DNA of 34,238 nt from Flavobacteriales bacterium (GCA_947460225.1 CANHHI010000002.1:1-34238); one strand, 5' to 3'. Positions 17,163 to 27,851 are shown, counted from the first letter of the stretch. Notes: generated from the letters alone by a model not told the origin. A program made the numbers and translations.

Positions 17163-17734
17163 AACCCCTCTGTCAACAAGCGTTCAATCAAGGCATACGT
17201 TTTTAAGGTTTTGCTTTCTGCCAAAGGTTTCCAGCCCACCCAGGTAATTTCTTCTTGGGTTTGTGGCGTGAGCTTTTGCGCTTTTGTGGATAAAAATTTA
17301 TACCAATAGGTTTTTTTGAGCACCGCCTTTTCCAAATGCCTGTGCCAATACGCATGATAACTCATAAAAGGCTCTTTTGACACCAAAGTTAAATCTTGCA
17401 CGCCACATTCTTCTTGCACTTCTCGCTGTGCCGCCACCAAAGTGGATTCACCTTCTTCCACATGCCCCTTGGGCAAATCCCATTTGCCTAGTCTTTGTAT
17501 CCAAAGCAAGTCGCCATCTTCATTTTGAACCAAACCGCCCGCCGCAGCTATGACAGTTTGCGTTTGAATAAAAGTTTGAAAGTCTGCCTCTGGATTTTGA
17601 CTCTGCACATAAAACATTTTTTCATTGCTCAATTGCATAAAATCTAGCAAATTGGGCATTTCTGGATACACAAAATCTGCTTGTCCAGCATTTACAAAAG
17701 AAAATCCACCTTCTTGAATAAAAATTTCGTACAT
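17159..17734 (-). CDS. NUDIX hydrolase with an N-terminal extra domain
   Basis: Nudix box GKWDLPKGHVEEGESTLVAAQREVQEECGV. The start is trimmed to the ATG at 17734, which avoids overlap with the divergent gene. Confidence 0.8.
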   Translation of the reverse strand: MYEIFIQEGGFSFVNAGQADFVYPEMPNLLDFMQLSNEKMFYVQSQNPEADFQTFIQTQTVIAAAGGLVQNEDGDLLWIQRLGKWDLPKGHVEEGESTLVAAQREVQEECGVQDLTLVSKEPFMSYHAYWHRHLEKAVLKKTYWYKFLSTKAQKLTPQTQEEITWVGWKPLAESKTLKTYALIERLLTEGF

Positions 17735-17767
17735 TTGTTTTTTATTGGACAAATATATTACTTTTTT

Positions 17768-18166
17768 ATGAAAATAGAAATTCCCAGTGTACTTATCAAC
17801 AAAGACAAGCAAAGCGTTATCGCTTTTTTAAGCAATTTAGAAAATTTACAAAAACTCTTGCCTACCGACAAGATAGAAGATTTCAAAGCCAATGCCGATA
17901 CATGCAGTTTTAAACTCAAAGGATACAGCAAATTGTCTTTTGAAAAAGTGAAAGCCACCTACACAAAAGTAATGTTAAAATCGGGGGCAGAAAGTCCATT
18001 TCAGTTTCAACTAGAAATCAACGTAAATCCAGAAACAGAAAACACTTGCACCGCCGAAAGCAAGCTAAATGCAGACATCAATCCTTTTGTGAAAATGATG
18101 GTGGAAAAACCACTCACCCAGTTTTTTGAATACATACAAAATCGCTTGCAAACGCATTTTGCGTAA
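17768..18166 (+). CDS. Small hypothetical protein, possibly SRPBCC/CoxG-like fold
   Basis: 132 aa from the ATG at 17768. The fold assignment rests only on size and a vague alpha/beta pattern. Confidence 0.45.
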   Translation: MKIEIPSVLINKDKQSVIAFLSNLENLQKLLPTDKIEDFKANADTCSFKLKGYSKLSFEKVKATYTKVMLKSGAESPFQFQLEINVNPETENTCTAESKLNADINPFVKMMVEKPLTQFFEYIQNRLQTHFA

Positions 18167-18212
18167 AAATAGACAAGCACCGCAAAAATAAAAAATTACG
18201 TGTTTTTTTTAT

Positions 18213-18220
18213 TACTTTTG
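18213..18220 (+). promoter_or_regulatory. -7 box (TACTTTTG) upstream of prfA
   Basis: Matches TAnnTTTG, 23 nt upstream of the ATG at 18244. Confidence 0.4.
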
Positions 18221-18243
18221 CAGTTTTTGTAAAATAGTACAAG

Positions 18244-19320
18244 ATGTTTCAAGATAAATTACAAGCTATTTGCATTCGCTTTGAGGAGGTTTCTCATTTA
18301 ATCACAGACCCTGCGGTGGTCAGTGATAGCAAAAGATATGTGCAACTCAGTAAAGAATACAAAGAATTGAAAGTGTTGGTGGACACTTACCAAAACTATC
18401 TAGCCACAGAAAAAGCATTCCAAGAGGCGCAAAATATATTGCAAAACGAGCAAGATGCAGAATTTAGAGAAATGGCTCGTGCGGAAAGCACAGAATTAGC
18501 AAAGCAAATAGAGGTTTTGCAGGAAGAAGTGAAGCAATTGCTTATTCCCAAAGACCCCGAAGACGACAAAAACGCCATGCTGGAAATCAGAGCAGGTACG
18601 GGTGGAGATGAAGCCTGTATTTTTGTGCAAGATGTGATGCGCATGTACACCATGTACCTCAAAGCAAAAGGCTATCAATGCACGGTTTTAAATTCCAGCG
18701 ATGGTAGCGTACACGGGCTTAAAGAGGTGATTATCCAAGTAGAAGGCGAAAATGCTTATGGTATATTGAAATACGAATCGGGCGTGCATCGGGTGCAACG
18801 TGTGCCCGAAACCGAGTCGCAAGGCAGGGTGCATACTTCGGCAATCACCGTGGCAGTCATGCCCGAAGTGGAAGAATTTGATTTTGAAATCAACATGAGT
18901 GAGGTGCGCAGAGATGTGTTCCGTGCATCGGGAGCAGGTGGGCAACACGTCAACAGAACGGAGTCTGCTGTACGTCTTACCCACTTACCCACGGGAACGA
19001 CGGCGGAATGCCAAGACGGCAGAAGTCAAGGGCAAAACTACGAAAAAGCCTTGCAAGTGTTGCGTTCTAGGTTATACGAGCAAGAAATGCAAAAGCGCAA
19101 TGAAGCAAGGGCAAACCAAAGAAAATTACTGGTTTCTACAGGCGATAGGAGTGCAAAAATACGCACCTACAACTACCCACAAGGCAGGGTAACTGACCAT
19201 AGAATTAACTTAACTTTATACAATTTGGAAGCCATTATGAATGGCAATATTCAAGAAATATTAGATCAACTCAAGATGACAGACAATGCGGAGAAAATGA
19301 AAGATGGTGAAAATTTGTGA
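18244..19320 (+). CDS. prfA: Peptide chain release factor 1
   Basis: GGQHVN motif, RVQRVPETESQGRVHTSA (PxT tripeptide region), 358 aa. Confidence 0.95.
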   Translation: MFQDKLQAICIRFEEVSHLITDPAVVSDSKRYVQLSKEYKELKVLVDTYQNYLATEKAFQEAQNILQNEQDAEFREMARAESTELAKQIEVLQEEVKQLLIPKDPEDDKNAMLEIRAGTGGDEACIFVQDVMRMYTMYLKAKGYQCTVLNSSDGSVHGLKEVIIQVEGENAYGILKYESGVHRVQRVPETESQGRVHTSAITVAVMPEVEEFDFEINMSEVRRDVFRASGAGGQHVNRTESAVRLTHLPTGTTAECQDGRSQGQNYEKALQVLRSRLYEQEMQKRNEARANQRKLLVSTGDRSAKIRTYNYPQGRVTDHRINLTLYNLEAIMNGNIQEILDQLKMTDNAEKMKDGENL

Positions 19321-19396
19321 ATAAAATATTAAGTTTTGCATGAATATGTAAAGTTATTTTTAACTAACTTTGTATTATCATCAAAAACTAATTATC

Positions 19397-19480
19397 ATGA
19401 AAACTATCACAAAAAAAGAACAAATCAAAGCAGGCAAATCAAGAACTGGCGATCTTTGCCAAACATCAAAACCAGATTAG
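19397..19480 (+). CDS. 27-codon ORF (MKTITKKEQIKAGKSRTGDLCQTSKPD) 12 nt upstream of the membrane-protein gene; coding status unproven
   Basis: ATG at 19397 and TAG at 19478-19480, read by hand; it is too short for the ORF track. Lys-rich with a single Cys. Confidence 0.2.
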   Translation: MKTITKKEQIKAGKSRTGDLCQTSKPD

Positions 19481-19492
19481 TTTTACAACAAC

Positions 19493-21079
19493 ATGAGCAA
19501 ACCTAAACATGCATGGAATAAATCACCTACGGAATTATATCCGCATTTTAGGTTTGCTTTGCCTTTAAATTTTAGGCAATATAAAAAAGCATATATTATA
19601 GATAAATTTTGGCGGCTTATACTGCCTAAATCTTGGTATGCAACATACGCAAACGCCAGCGAAGAGCCTGATGTGTGGTGGCGGAATTTGATGAATTCAC
19701 TGCCTTTGTACGCTTTTACTTTATTTTTGTTTGCATGCCTACAAAAAGCCATTATGACACATATACTTCTGTATGACAATTTCCCATCTTACTCCTATTT
19801 CAAATTAACACAAGGATTATTATATCTGTTATGCGCTATTGTGTTATGGGCAGTAACCCTAACTTATCCCATTAGTTATATGCGGGATTTTGAAAGATTT
19901 TCACTGCTCACAAAGCGGTACGCTTATAATTACGAAAAACGTTATTTTCTCTTACCCATTGGATTTTTGTGTTTAGTATATGGCGTTTACAGCCTATCCT
20001 GCACACGATTTGAAATAGCTTTGACTGAAAACATAGCCCTAGATATTTTTCATAGGTTATTGCATGCGTGTGCCAATTTATTATGGTTGCGCATAAGCGT
20101 TTATTACTTGCTCTGCTTGCTAAGTTGGAGTCCGTATAGATTTAATTTGCACTATGGACACAAAAAAGCAATAGATAGCATTATCATAGGATTTCTGCAT
20201 AGTCTGATATATATTGGCGTATTAACGTATCTATTTGATATGGGTATAAAATTTTTCTTTGTGGCGGGTTTAGCACATTTTTTTGCTATGATTATTCTTT
20301 TTGCCAGCGACCAGTCTTTTAAAGCTCCACTGTTCTTTTTATTTATCATGGACCTCTTTGGTGCTGGTAAGTATTTATGGTTTACACAAGAAAAAAGCAG
20401 CGACAGAATATTTAACATGGGGGTATTTAAATTTGCAAGTCCAGAAGTAGCGGGTAAAGCGGATTTGATTGCATTTGGTGGCATAATGGCTTTTTCTAGC
20501 TTGGCAATTTTTTGGCTCGTTTATAATATCAAGCGTATGATGAGTCTGCAAGACGAAGAGGAAGCCTACAAAGTGCAATATATGTACGTGCGCAATCCGC
20601 CTGCTTTTAAAAGCCCACCACGCAACGAAAATCCAGAACTTTTAGAGGGCTTACTGGGGAGTTTTTTGCGCTATTCTTTGGCAGGCAAGGAATATTTAAT
20701 CCGCAGTTTTATTGAAGAAGAGCGTTTATCACAAATACCTGAATATTGGCAAGAAATTGAAAAAGCCCGTGAGCGTTACCAAAAAGACTGGGATAAATTA
20801 AGTGCCGAAGAAAAAGCCACAGAAACCTTACATGGCAGTGAAATAGAGCGTTATGAAATAGACCCTGAACCAAGTTTAGACCAAGAATATTTGGATTGGT
20901 TTGCCAAACAAAGTCCCGAAGAACAAGAAAATTATATGCTTGGCAGAAAGCCTTTACCAGCGCGTTTTGCAGAAACAGACTTGAAAAAAGAAATGGCAAA
21001 AGCCAAAGAAATAGAGTCTCTGGAGTATCAAAGATTGCTCGCATTATACCGCAGGGAAGAAAATAAAACAAAAATTTAA
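19493..21079 (+). CDS. Orphan polytopic membrane protein with a long acidic/charged C-terminal tail
   Basis: About 9-10 hydrophobic segments across aa ~70-350, then ~170 aa of E/K/Q-rich, coiled-coil-looking sequence. I recognise no family motif. A hand-counted sample at 20201-20300 is 29% GC. Confidence 0.6.
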   Translation: MSKPKHAWNKSPTELYPHFRFALPLNFRQYKKAYIIDKFWRLILPKSWYATYANASEEPDVWWRNLMNSLPLYAFTLFLFACLQKAIMTHILLYDNFPSYSYFKLTQGLLYLLCAIVLWAVTLTYPISYMRDFERFSLLTKRYAYNYEKRYFLLPIGFLCLVYGVYSLSCTRFEIALTENIALDIFHRLLHACANLLWLRISVYYLLCLLSWSPYRFNLHYGHKKAIDSIIIGFLHSLIYIGVLTYLFDMGIKFFFVAGLAHFFAMIILFASDQSFKAPLFFLFIMDLFGAGKYLWFTQEKSSDRIFNMGVFKFASPEVAGKADLIAFGGIMAFSSLAIFWLVYNIKRMMSLQDEEEAYKVQYMYVRNPPAFKSPPRNENPELLEGLLGSFLRYSLAGKEYLIRSFIEEERLSQIPEYWQEIEKARERYQKDWDKLSAEEKATETLHGSEIERYEIDPEPSLDQEYLDWFAKQSPEEQENYMLGRKPLPARFAETDLKKEMAKAKEIESLEYQRLLALYRREENKTKI

Positions 21080-21138
21080 CAAGCATTTTACAATTTAGTT
21101 CGCAAAAAATGCCTACACTTGCATATAAATAGCAAGAT

Positions 21139-23028
21139 ATGTGGGAGATTACAAGTGCGGATTTAAGAGAACAAGCGTATCAAAACAGCTTAGATAATCC
21201 AGAAGCGTTTTGGGCAAACATTGCCGAGCAGTTTACTTGGCAAAAGCCTTGGAACAAGGTGTTGAGTTATAGTTTTTCGCCTTATCATTTGACATGGTTT
21301 GAGGGCGCAAAGCTCAATATGACAGAAAATTGCCTAGATAGGCATTTGCCCAAACACAAAGATAAAGTGGCTATTATTTTTGAGCCCAACAACCCCAAAG
21401 AAAAAACAAAAAAAATTACCTACGAAAAACTACTGCAAGAAGTCTGCACTTGGGCAAATATGCTCGTGCAAGAGGGCGTAAAAAAGGGCGACCGTGTGTG
21501 CATTTACATGCCCATGATTCCAGAGGCGGTGTATGCCATGCTGGCTTGCGCTAGAATTGGCGCAATTCATTCGGTGATTTTTGGAGGCTTTGCCGCACAA
21601 TCCATTCAAGACAGACTCTTAGATGCCACTTGTACTTTTGTGATTACCGCCGATGGCGCATATAGAGGCGATAAATTTATTCCACTGAAAGAAAATATAG
21701 ACCAAGCCCTGCAAGCAAAAACAAGTGTGCAGAAAGTCATCGTGTGCCAGCATAGCCACAGCGAAGTTTTTATGCAAAAAGATAGGGATTTTTATGCCGA
21801 GCCTTTGCTTGAAAAATACCGCACCGATTTTATACCCGCAAGCAGTATGGACGCAGAAGATGCTTTGTTTATTCTTTATACCTCTGGCTCTACGGGAAAA
21901 CCAAAAGGTGTGGTGCACAGCACAGCGGGCTACATGGTTTATACAGCGTATAGCTTTAAAAACGTGTTTCAGTACCAAGATGGCGATGTGTATTTCTGCA
22001 CAGCAGATATAGGCTGGATTACAGGACATTCTTATAATGTGTATGCACCCCTGCTTTTGGGCGCAACTTTGGTGCTTTTTGAAGGCACGCCAACATATCC
22101 AAATCCAAGCAGGTGGTGGGATATTGTGGAGAAACACAAGGTCAATATTTTTTATACCGCCCCAACTGCCATTCGCTCACTCATGGCTTTTGGCGATGAA
22201 CCCTTAAAAGGAAAAGATTTGAGTAGTTTGAAAGTACTCGGTTGCGTGGGAGAACCACTCAATCAAGAGGCTTGGCATTGGTATTTTGAAAAAATTGGCG
22301 CATCTAAGTGTCCGATCGTAGATACTTGGTGGCAAACCGAAACAGGTGGAATTTTGATTTCAGCAATGGCGCATATAAGCCCCTGCATTCCCACTTATGC
22401 TACAAAACCCTTGCCGGGCGTGCAAATGGTTTTGGTAGATGAACACGGGGAGGTATTACATACAAATCCTGCAAGTGGTTATTTGTGTTTGGCTTTTCCT
22501 GTGCCAAGTCTTTTGCGCACCACCTACAACGACCACGCACGTTGTGAGCAGAGCTATTTTAAAACATATCCCAATTTATACTTTACAGGAGACGGCGCAC
22601 AAAGAGACGAAGCTGGCAATTATAGAATTACGGGCAGAGTAGATGACGTACTAAACGTTTCGGGGCATAGAATTGGTACAGCAGAACTGGAAGATGCGAT
22701 AAACCTGCACCCCAAAGTGCTGGAAAGTGCTGTGGTTGGTTTTGCGCACCCCATCAAAGGCGAGGGCATTTATGCTTTTGTAATCAGCCATGAAGATATA
22801 AAAACCTTAGGCGCAGAAATTCATGCCCTGGTGCAAAAACAAATTGGCGCTATTGCCAAACCTGATAAAATACAGGTGGTTACAGGTTTACCGAGAACAC
22901 GCTCAGGGAAAATCATGCGCAGAATTTTGCGCAAACTCGCCCAAGGCGAAACAGAACATTTGGGAGACACCAGCACACTGGTGGACGCCAGCGTTATTGA
23001 CGCAATAAAAGAAGGTTTGCTGATGTAA
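21139..23028 (+). CDS. acs: Acetyl-CoA synthetase (acetate-CoA ligase)
   Basis: YTSGSTGKPKGV, WWQTETGG, and the C-terminal PRTRSGKIMRRILRK; 629 aa. Confidence 0.95.
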   Translation: MWEITSADLREQAYQNSLDNPEAFWANIAEQFTWQKPWNKVLSYSFSPYHLTWFEGAKLNMTENCLDRHLPKHKDKVAIIFEPNNPKEKTKKITYEKLLQEVCTWANMLVQEGVKKGDRVCIYMPMIPEAVYAMLACARIGAIHSVIFGGFAAQSIQDRLLDATCTFVITADGAYRGDKFIPLKENIDQALQAKTSVQKVIVCQHSHSEVFMQKDRDFYAEPLLEKYRTDFIPASSMDAEDALFILYTSGSTGKPKGVVHSTAGYMVYTAYSFKNVFQYQDGDVYFCTADIGWITGHSYNVYAPLLLGATLVLFEGTPTYPNPSRWWDIVEKHKVNIFYTAPTAIRSLMAFGDEPLKGKDLSSLKVLGCVGEPLNQEAWHWYFEKIGASKCPIVDTWWQTETGGILISAMAHISPCIPTYATKPLPGVQMVLVDEHGEVLHTNPASGYLCLAFPVPSLLRTTYNDHARCEQSYFKTYPNLYFTGDGAQRDEAGNYRITGRVDDVLNVSGHRIGTAELEDAINLHPKVLESAVVGFAHPIKGEGIYAFVISHEDIKTLGAEIHALVQKQIGAIAKPDKIQVVTGLPRTRSGKIMRRILRKLAQGETEHLGDTSTLVDASVIDAIKEGLLM

Positions 23029-23035
23029 AAACAGG

Positions 23036-23893
23036 CTATGCCTGTGGACGGTGTACGTGTTTGCTCATATCCACACGCAAAGCTACGGCGGGAATAATGC
23101 CCAGTTGCCAATGCCATGCGCTGGCTATATCTATGTGCAAATACTTGGCAAACACGGAAAGCCCTGTTGAGAAAAGCGTGGGATTATAGCCTGCGCCCAA
23201 GCGCAAAGAAACAATAGGCACAACCTGCCATGCCAAACCTGTCTTTATTGCCAAAGGCTGGTACAAATTCTTCTCCGCTTGCAAGATGCACAACAAACTT
23301 TTGCCCACCTTATAATCCAAACCCAATCGGAACAAAATAGGGTAGCTGTCTTTTTGTTCTATCTTGGTTTGATAGGGCTTATAAATATGCACGGAAATCC
23401 CCAAAGGCGCAATGGGTTGCGCACGCAGGGCAATGTCCATAAAAAATACGTTCGTACTGCCATAATACGCCTCCCCAAAGCGAAAGGCTTCATAGTTGAG
23501 TTTGATTGCCAAAGCTGTTGTGGGGTGCAAACGCAAGGCGTAAGCCAAAGAAGTCTGGTGGTTTTGGTAAAGGCTATACCCCGAAAAAGCATAACCCACG
23601 CCGAAGGCGTGGATTTTATAAGGATATGCAAAAGCAAATGCGGTTTTTGAAATTTCTTTGCTGAGAAATAAATTGGTATAGCTGATGCCTACACTCATCT
23701 TTTGCAAAAAAGCCATTTGTGCGGGTTGGTTGTATAAAGACCAAACATCTGCAAAACCCATGGAAGCCCCCGCCACCGACCATGAAGAAGCCCCTTGTGT
23801 GATTTCTTGGGCGGACAATGTAAAGGATAAAATAAAAACACTAATAGCTCTCTTTTTCGTTTGGAAAAGTTTGGGCTTTAACATCTTGAACAT
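23036..23893 (-). CDS. Outer-membrane beta-barrel protein, tentatively PorQ/PorV-like (T9SS-associated family)
   Basis: Signal peptide ...[40 protein letters not shown] resembles the G.rs.gmG.a..A..D.ws...NPAgla opening of that family. The start (23893 or 23884) overlaps the panB 3' end by 44-53 nt. Confidence 0.5.
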   Translation of the reverse strand: MFKMLKPKLFQTKKRAISVFILSFTLSAQEITQGASSWSVAGASMGFADVWSLYNQPAQMAFLQKMSVGISYTNLFLSKEISKTAFAFAYPYKIHAFGVGYAFSGYSLYQNHQTSLAYALRLHPTTALAIKLNYEAFRFGEAYYGSTNVFFMDIALRAQPIAPLGISVHIYKPYQTKIEQKDSYPILFRLGLDYKVGKSLLCILQAEKNLYQPLAIKTGLAWQVVPIVSLRLGAGYNPTLFSTGLSVFAKYLHIDIASAWHWQLGIIPAVALRVDMSKHVHRPQA

Positions 23894-24656
23894 ATTGTGA
23901 AACGGCTGTTGTAACTTGCTCTGATAAATTTAAATAACGACGTAAAAATCTAGGACTAAAATCTTGTGTCATGCCGAGCATATCGTGCACCACAAGCACC
24001 TGTCCATCGGTGTGTGCACCTGCGCCAATGCCAATAACAGGCACTTGCACAGATGCGGTAACTTTTTGTGCCAATTTGGCGGGTACTTTTTCTAAAACTA
24101 TTGCAAAAACGCCAGCTTTTTGTAAAAGTAGCGCATCATGCAATAATTTTTCGGCTTCTTCTTGCTCTTTGGCACGCACGCCATAAGTACCAAATTGATA
24201 AATAGACTGCGGTGTTAAACCCAAATGCCCCATCACGGGAATGCCAGCGTCCACAATTTTTTTGACAGCATCTGCGATTTCTTCCCCGCCTTCCAGTTTC
24301 ACGGCGTGTCCACCAGATTCTTTCATAATGCGGATAGCCGAGCGCAAAGCCTCATGTGCATCACCTTGATAACTACCAAACGGCATATCCACAACCACCA
24401 GCGCACGATTTGCCGCACGCACCACAGCGGCAGCGTGGTATATCATTTGGTCTAAGGTGATTGGCAAAGTTGTTTCATGCCCTGCAATTACATTAGAAGC
24501 AGAATCGCCAACCAGCAAGATTTCCACCCCAGCTTGGTCTAGCAACTTACCCAAAGTGTATTCATAAGCCGTTAGCATGGCTATCTTTTCCCCTTTGGCT
24601 TTCATTTCTTGCAACACAAAAGTTGTGATGCGCTTTACCTCTTTATGTATAGACAT
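23841..24656 (-). CDS. panB: 3-methyl-2-oxobutanoate hydroxymethyltransferase
   Basis: [28 protein letters not shown]. Confidence 0.93.
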   Translation of the reverse strand: MSIHKEVKRITTFVLQEMKAKGEKIAMLTAYEYTLGKLLDQAGVEILLVGDSASNVIAGHETTLPITLDQMIYHAAAVVRAANRALVVVDMPFGSYQGDAHEALRSAIRIMKESGGHAVKLEGGEEIADAVKKIVDAGIPVMGHLGLTPQSIYQFGTYGVRAKEQEEAEKLLHDALLLQKAGVFAIVLEKVPAKLAQKVTASVQVPVIGIGAGAHTDGQVLVVHDMLGMTQDFSPRFLRRYLNLSEQVTTAVSQYVQDVKAQTFPNEKESY

Positions 24657-24662
24657 AGCCTA

Positions 24663-25325
24663 TTATTCCGCAATTCTGTTGTTGTAAGCGTCTAAAAATG
24701 CTTTGGATTGCATGGTGCAAAAACCATTGCCAACTTCTTCTTGGGCATGCAAAGTCCATATTTTAGGCGTTTCTAGTTTTTTAGCCATTTTATAATCAAA
24801 GCCAGATTTAAACTGCAAAGTAATTTCTGTTGCAAAACCTGTTTCGTTTTTAATGCCAGACAAATAAAAATCAACGCTCACAAAATTTTTTACTTTGTAA
24901 GAAAATATACCCGTTTTTCCTGTAACCATTGTTTCAGGCGATTCCCAACGAATATGTGGGTCTCTATCGTCTAGTTTTGTAACCACATAATGGTGTTCCA
25001 AAGTTTGACCGCCTGCGGTTTCTACGTTGTAAATTTTTGCCCCAGATTGAATTTTACTTCTATTGGTAACAGCAAATTTTTGATGCGCTGGGCTTAAGGT
25101 CAAATAATAATCTGCCAAATTGGCAAAAAAGAAGTGTGATTTTTGCAAATCTGTTCTTACGGACATGGGCAAATAAGCACGCATGGTTATTTTCTTGTTT
25201 TCATCGTCCACGGTGTAGTAGGCTTGCACTTTTTCAGCACAAAAAATACTATCTGCTACGAATACACGTTCTGCCTGCGCCAAAACTAGGCTAGACAAAC
25301 TCAAAAGAAACAAAAATACTTTCAT
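24663..25325 (-). CDS. Secreted protein of unknown function (220 aa)
   Basis: Signal peptide MKVFLFLLSLSSLVLAQA. It sits between deoD and panB in a co-directional gene string. Confidence 0.6.
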   Translation of the reverse strand: MKVFLFLLSLSSLVLAQAERVFVADSIFCAEKVQAYYTVDDENKKITMRAYLPMSVRTDLQKSHFFFANLADYYLTLSPAHQKFAVTNRSKIQSGAKIYNVETAGGQTLEHHYVVTKLDDRDPHIRWESPETMVTGKTGIFSYKVKNFVSVDFYLSGIKNETGFATEITLQFKSGFDYKMAKKLETPKIWTLHAQEEVGNGFCTMQSKAFLDAYNNRIAE

Positions 25326-25342
25326 AGTTTTAGGTTTTAAAT

Positions 25343-26044
25343 TTAAGCGATTTCTAAGGCGATTTGCATCATTTGGGTAAAAGTTTTTTCCCTTTGTTCG
25401 GCAGTGGTTTGCGCATGTGTTACCAGCGAATCACTCACCGTTAAAATAGTCAAAGCCTTTGCGCCCAAGCGTGCGGCGTTCATATACAAGGCTGCCGCTT
25501 CCATTTCCACGGCAAGCACGCCCATTTTCTGCCATTTTTTCCAAGCATCTGGATTGTCATCGTAAAAAATATCGCTAGACAAAATATTGCCCACATGTAC
25601 TTTTACCGACAATTCCTTTGCCGAAGCAACAGCATTTGCGAGCAATTCATAGCTTGCAATAGGCGCATAAGCACCGGGTAATTCATATTGGTGCATGTAT
25701 GCGGAATTGGTGCATGCTGCCATGCCAATCACCACATCGCCAAGGTTTAAATCGGCTTGCAAAGCCCCGCAAGAACCTACTCTAATTAAATTTTTCACGC
25801 CAAATTGCGCAATCAATTCATGCGAGTAAATCCCAATGGAGGGCATGCCCATGCCACTGCCCTGCACGGAAACCCTTTTGCCTTTGTACATTCCTGTAAA
25901 ACCAAGCATACCTCGTATGCTATTGTATGGTTTAACGTCTGTTAAAAAAGTTTCGGCAATAAATTTTGCACGCAAAGGGTCGCCAGGCAAAAGCACGGTT
26001 TCTGCAATTTGTCCTTTTTCTGCACCAATATGAACGGTAGCCAT
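25343..26044 (-). CDS. deoD: Purine nucleoside phosphorylase, DeoD type
   Basis: HIGAEKGQIAETVLLPGDPLRAKFIAE, GMGMPSIGIYSHEL, AVEMEAAALY. Confidence 0.9.
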   Translation of the reverse strand: MATVHIGAEKGQIAETVLLPGDPLRAKFIAETFLTDVKPYNSIRGMLGFTGMYKGKRVSVQGSGMGMPSIGIYSHELIAQFGVKNLIRVGSCGALQADLNLGDVVIGMAACTNSAYMHQYELPGAYAPIASYELLANAVASAKELSVKVHVGNILSSDIFYDDNPDAWKKWQKMGVLAVEMEAAALYMNAARLGAKALTILTVSDSLVTHAQTTAEQREKTFTQMMQIALEIA

Positions 26045-26054
26045 AAATATAATC

Positions 26055-27851
26055 CTATTTTGAACGTTTTTTTCTATCTGCTTCTGTCAAGTAAATTTTT
26101 CTCAAACGCAATGATAAAGGAGTAACCTCTACATACTCATCACCTTGAATGTATTCCAAAGCGGCTTCTAGGGTAAATTTGATGGGAGGCGTAATTTTAG
26201 CCTTATCATCAGAACCGCTGGCACGCATGTTGGTCAATTTCTTTTCTTTGGTTACATTGATCACCAAGTCACCAGGTCTGCTGTTTTCGCCAATTACTTG
26301 CCCTTCATAAACCGCTGCACCAGCTTCTATGAAAAACTTACCTCTGTCTTGCAAACCGTCAAGGGCATAAGGTGTTGTTGTGCCTGTTTCCATCACAATC
26401 AAAGAACCGTTCTGTCTGCCAGCTATATCGCCCATGTAAGGCTCGTAACCTAACAAACGGTGAGACATGGTCGCTTCACCTGCTGTTTCGGTAAGCAATT
26501 CATTTCTCAAACCGATAATCCCACGAGAAGGAATTTTAAACTCCATAAATGTGCGAATGCCTCTGGTTTCCATGGTACTCATCACCCCTTTGCGCAAAGT
26601 TACGCTATTGATAACTGTTCCGCTATAATCTTCGGGCACGTCTATGCGCAATTCCTCAACGGGTTCGCATTTTTTGCCTTCAATTTCTTTAAAAATTACT
26701 TGTGGTTGTCCTACTTGCAATTCATAACCCTCTCGGCGCATGGTTTCTATCAAAACAGACAAGTGCAAAACCCCTCTACCAAACACCATAAATTTGTCGG
26801 CAGATTCTGTTTCTTTGACACGCAAGGCAAGATTTTTTTCCAATTCTTTTTCCAAGCGTTCTTTAATGTGCCTAGATGTTACAAACTTTCCTTCTTTTCC
26901 AAAAAATGGCGAATCATTGATGGCAAAAGTCATGCTCATGGTTGGTTCGTCAATTTGTATGCTTTGCAAAGGTTGTGGGTTTTCGGCATCACAAATACAA
27001 TCGCCAATTTCAAAGCCTTCTATCCCTACAACTGCGCAAATATCGCCAGCTTGCACGGTGGACACTTTTACTTTATTCAAGCCGTCAAATACGTGCACCT
27101 CTTTGATTTTAGATTTCACCAAAGTGCCGTCTCTTTTTGCCAAAATAATAGGCATGTTTTCTCTGAGTTCACCTCTGTGTAGTCTGCCAACGGCAATCCT
27201 ACCAATAAAGCTAGAATAGTCCAAAGACGTAATCAACATTTGCGTGTTGCCTTCTTCTATTTTTTGCGGTTTAATGTGCTCAATCACTGCATCTAGCAAA
27301 GCAAAGATGTTGTCGGTGGGTTTTTTCCAATCATCGCTCATCCAGCCGTTTCTAGCAGAACCATATACGCAAGGGAAATCCAATTGCTCTTGGCTTGCTT
27401 CTAGCTCAAACATCAAATCAAATACTTTTTCGTGTACCTCCTCGGGCGTACAGTTTTCTTTATCTACTTTGTTGATAACCACCAAAGGTTTTAAGCCCAA
27501 TTGCAAGGCTTTTTGCAACACAAACCTTGTTTGTGGCATAGGTCCTTCAAAAGCATCAACCAGCAAACAAACACCGTCAGCCATGTTTAACACACGCTCC
27601 ACCTCACCACCAAAGTCAGCGTGACCTGGTGTATCTATAACATTGATTTTTTTTCCTTTGTAATTGATAGAAACGTTCTTAGCAACGATAGTAATACCTC
27701 TTTCACGCTCTAAGTCGTTATTATCCATAATTAGCTCCCCTTTTTTCTCGTGGGCAGCAAAAATTTGACCTACTTCTAGTAATCTATCTACCAAAGTAGT
27801 TTTTCCATGGTCAACGTGTGCTATAATAGCAATATTGCGAATTTCTTGCAT
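26055..27851 (-). CDS. typA: Translational GTPase TypA/BipA
   Basis: AIIAHVDHGKTTLVD, DTPGHADFGGE, NKVD. The start is trimmed to the ATG at 27851 (MQEIRNIAII...). Confidence 0.95.
   Translation of the reverse strand: MQEIRNIAIIAHVDHGKTTLVDRLLEVGQIFAAHEKKGELIMDNNDLERERGITIVAKNVSINYKGKKINVIDTPGHADFGGEVERVLNMADGVCLLVDAFEGPMPQTRFVLQKALQLGLKPLVVINKVDKENCTPEEVHEKVFDLMFELEASQEQLDFPCVYGSARNGWMSDDWKKPTDNIFALLDAVIEHIKPQKIEEGNTQMLITSLDYSSFIGRIAVGRLHRGELRENMPIILAKRDGTLVKSKIKEVHVFDGLNKVKVSTVQAGDICAVVGIEGFEIGDCICDAENPQPLQSIQIDEPTMSMTFAINDSPFFGKEGKFVTSRHIKERLEKELEKNLALRVKETESADKFMVFGRGVLHLSVLIETMRREGYELQVGQPQVIFKEIEGKKCEPVEELRIDVPEDYSGTVINSVTLRKGVMSTMETRGIRTFMEFKIPSRGIIGLRNELLTETAGEATMSHRLLGYEPYMGDIAGRQNGSLIVMETGTTTPYALDGLQDRGKFFIEAGAAVYEGQVIGENSRPGDLVINVTKEKKLTNMRASGSDDKAKITPPIKFTLEAALEYIQGDEYVEVTPLSLRLRKIYLTEADRKKRSK

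Noticed and set aside
18800-18830. The RF1 tripeptide reads P-E-T rather than the P-A-T I remember from E. coli.
   Set aside because: The middle residue of the PxT motif is variable among bacteria. The rest of the domain and the GGQ motif are canonical, so there is no basis for claiming altered stop-codon specificity.
23841-23893. A 44-53 nt overlap between the panB 3' end and the start of the PorQ-like gene, considered as a possible frameshift or fusion.
   Set aside because: Both frames are intact and each protein has a complete, sensible terminus: a panB-length product and a signal peptide. This is more likely a modest overlap or an unrecognised alternative start than a programmed event.
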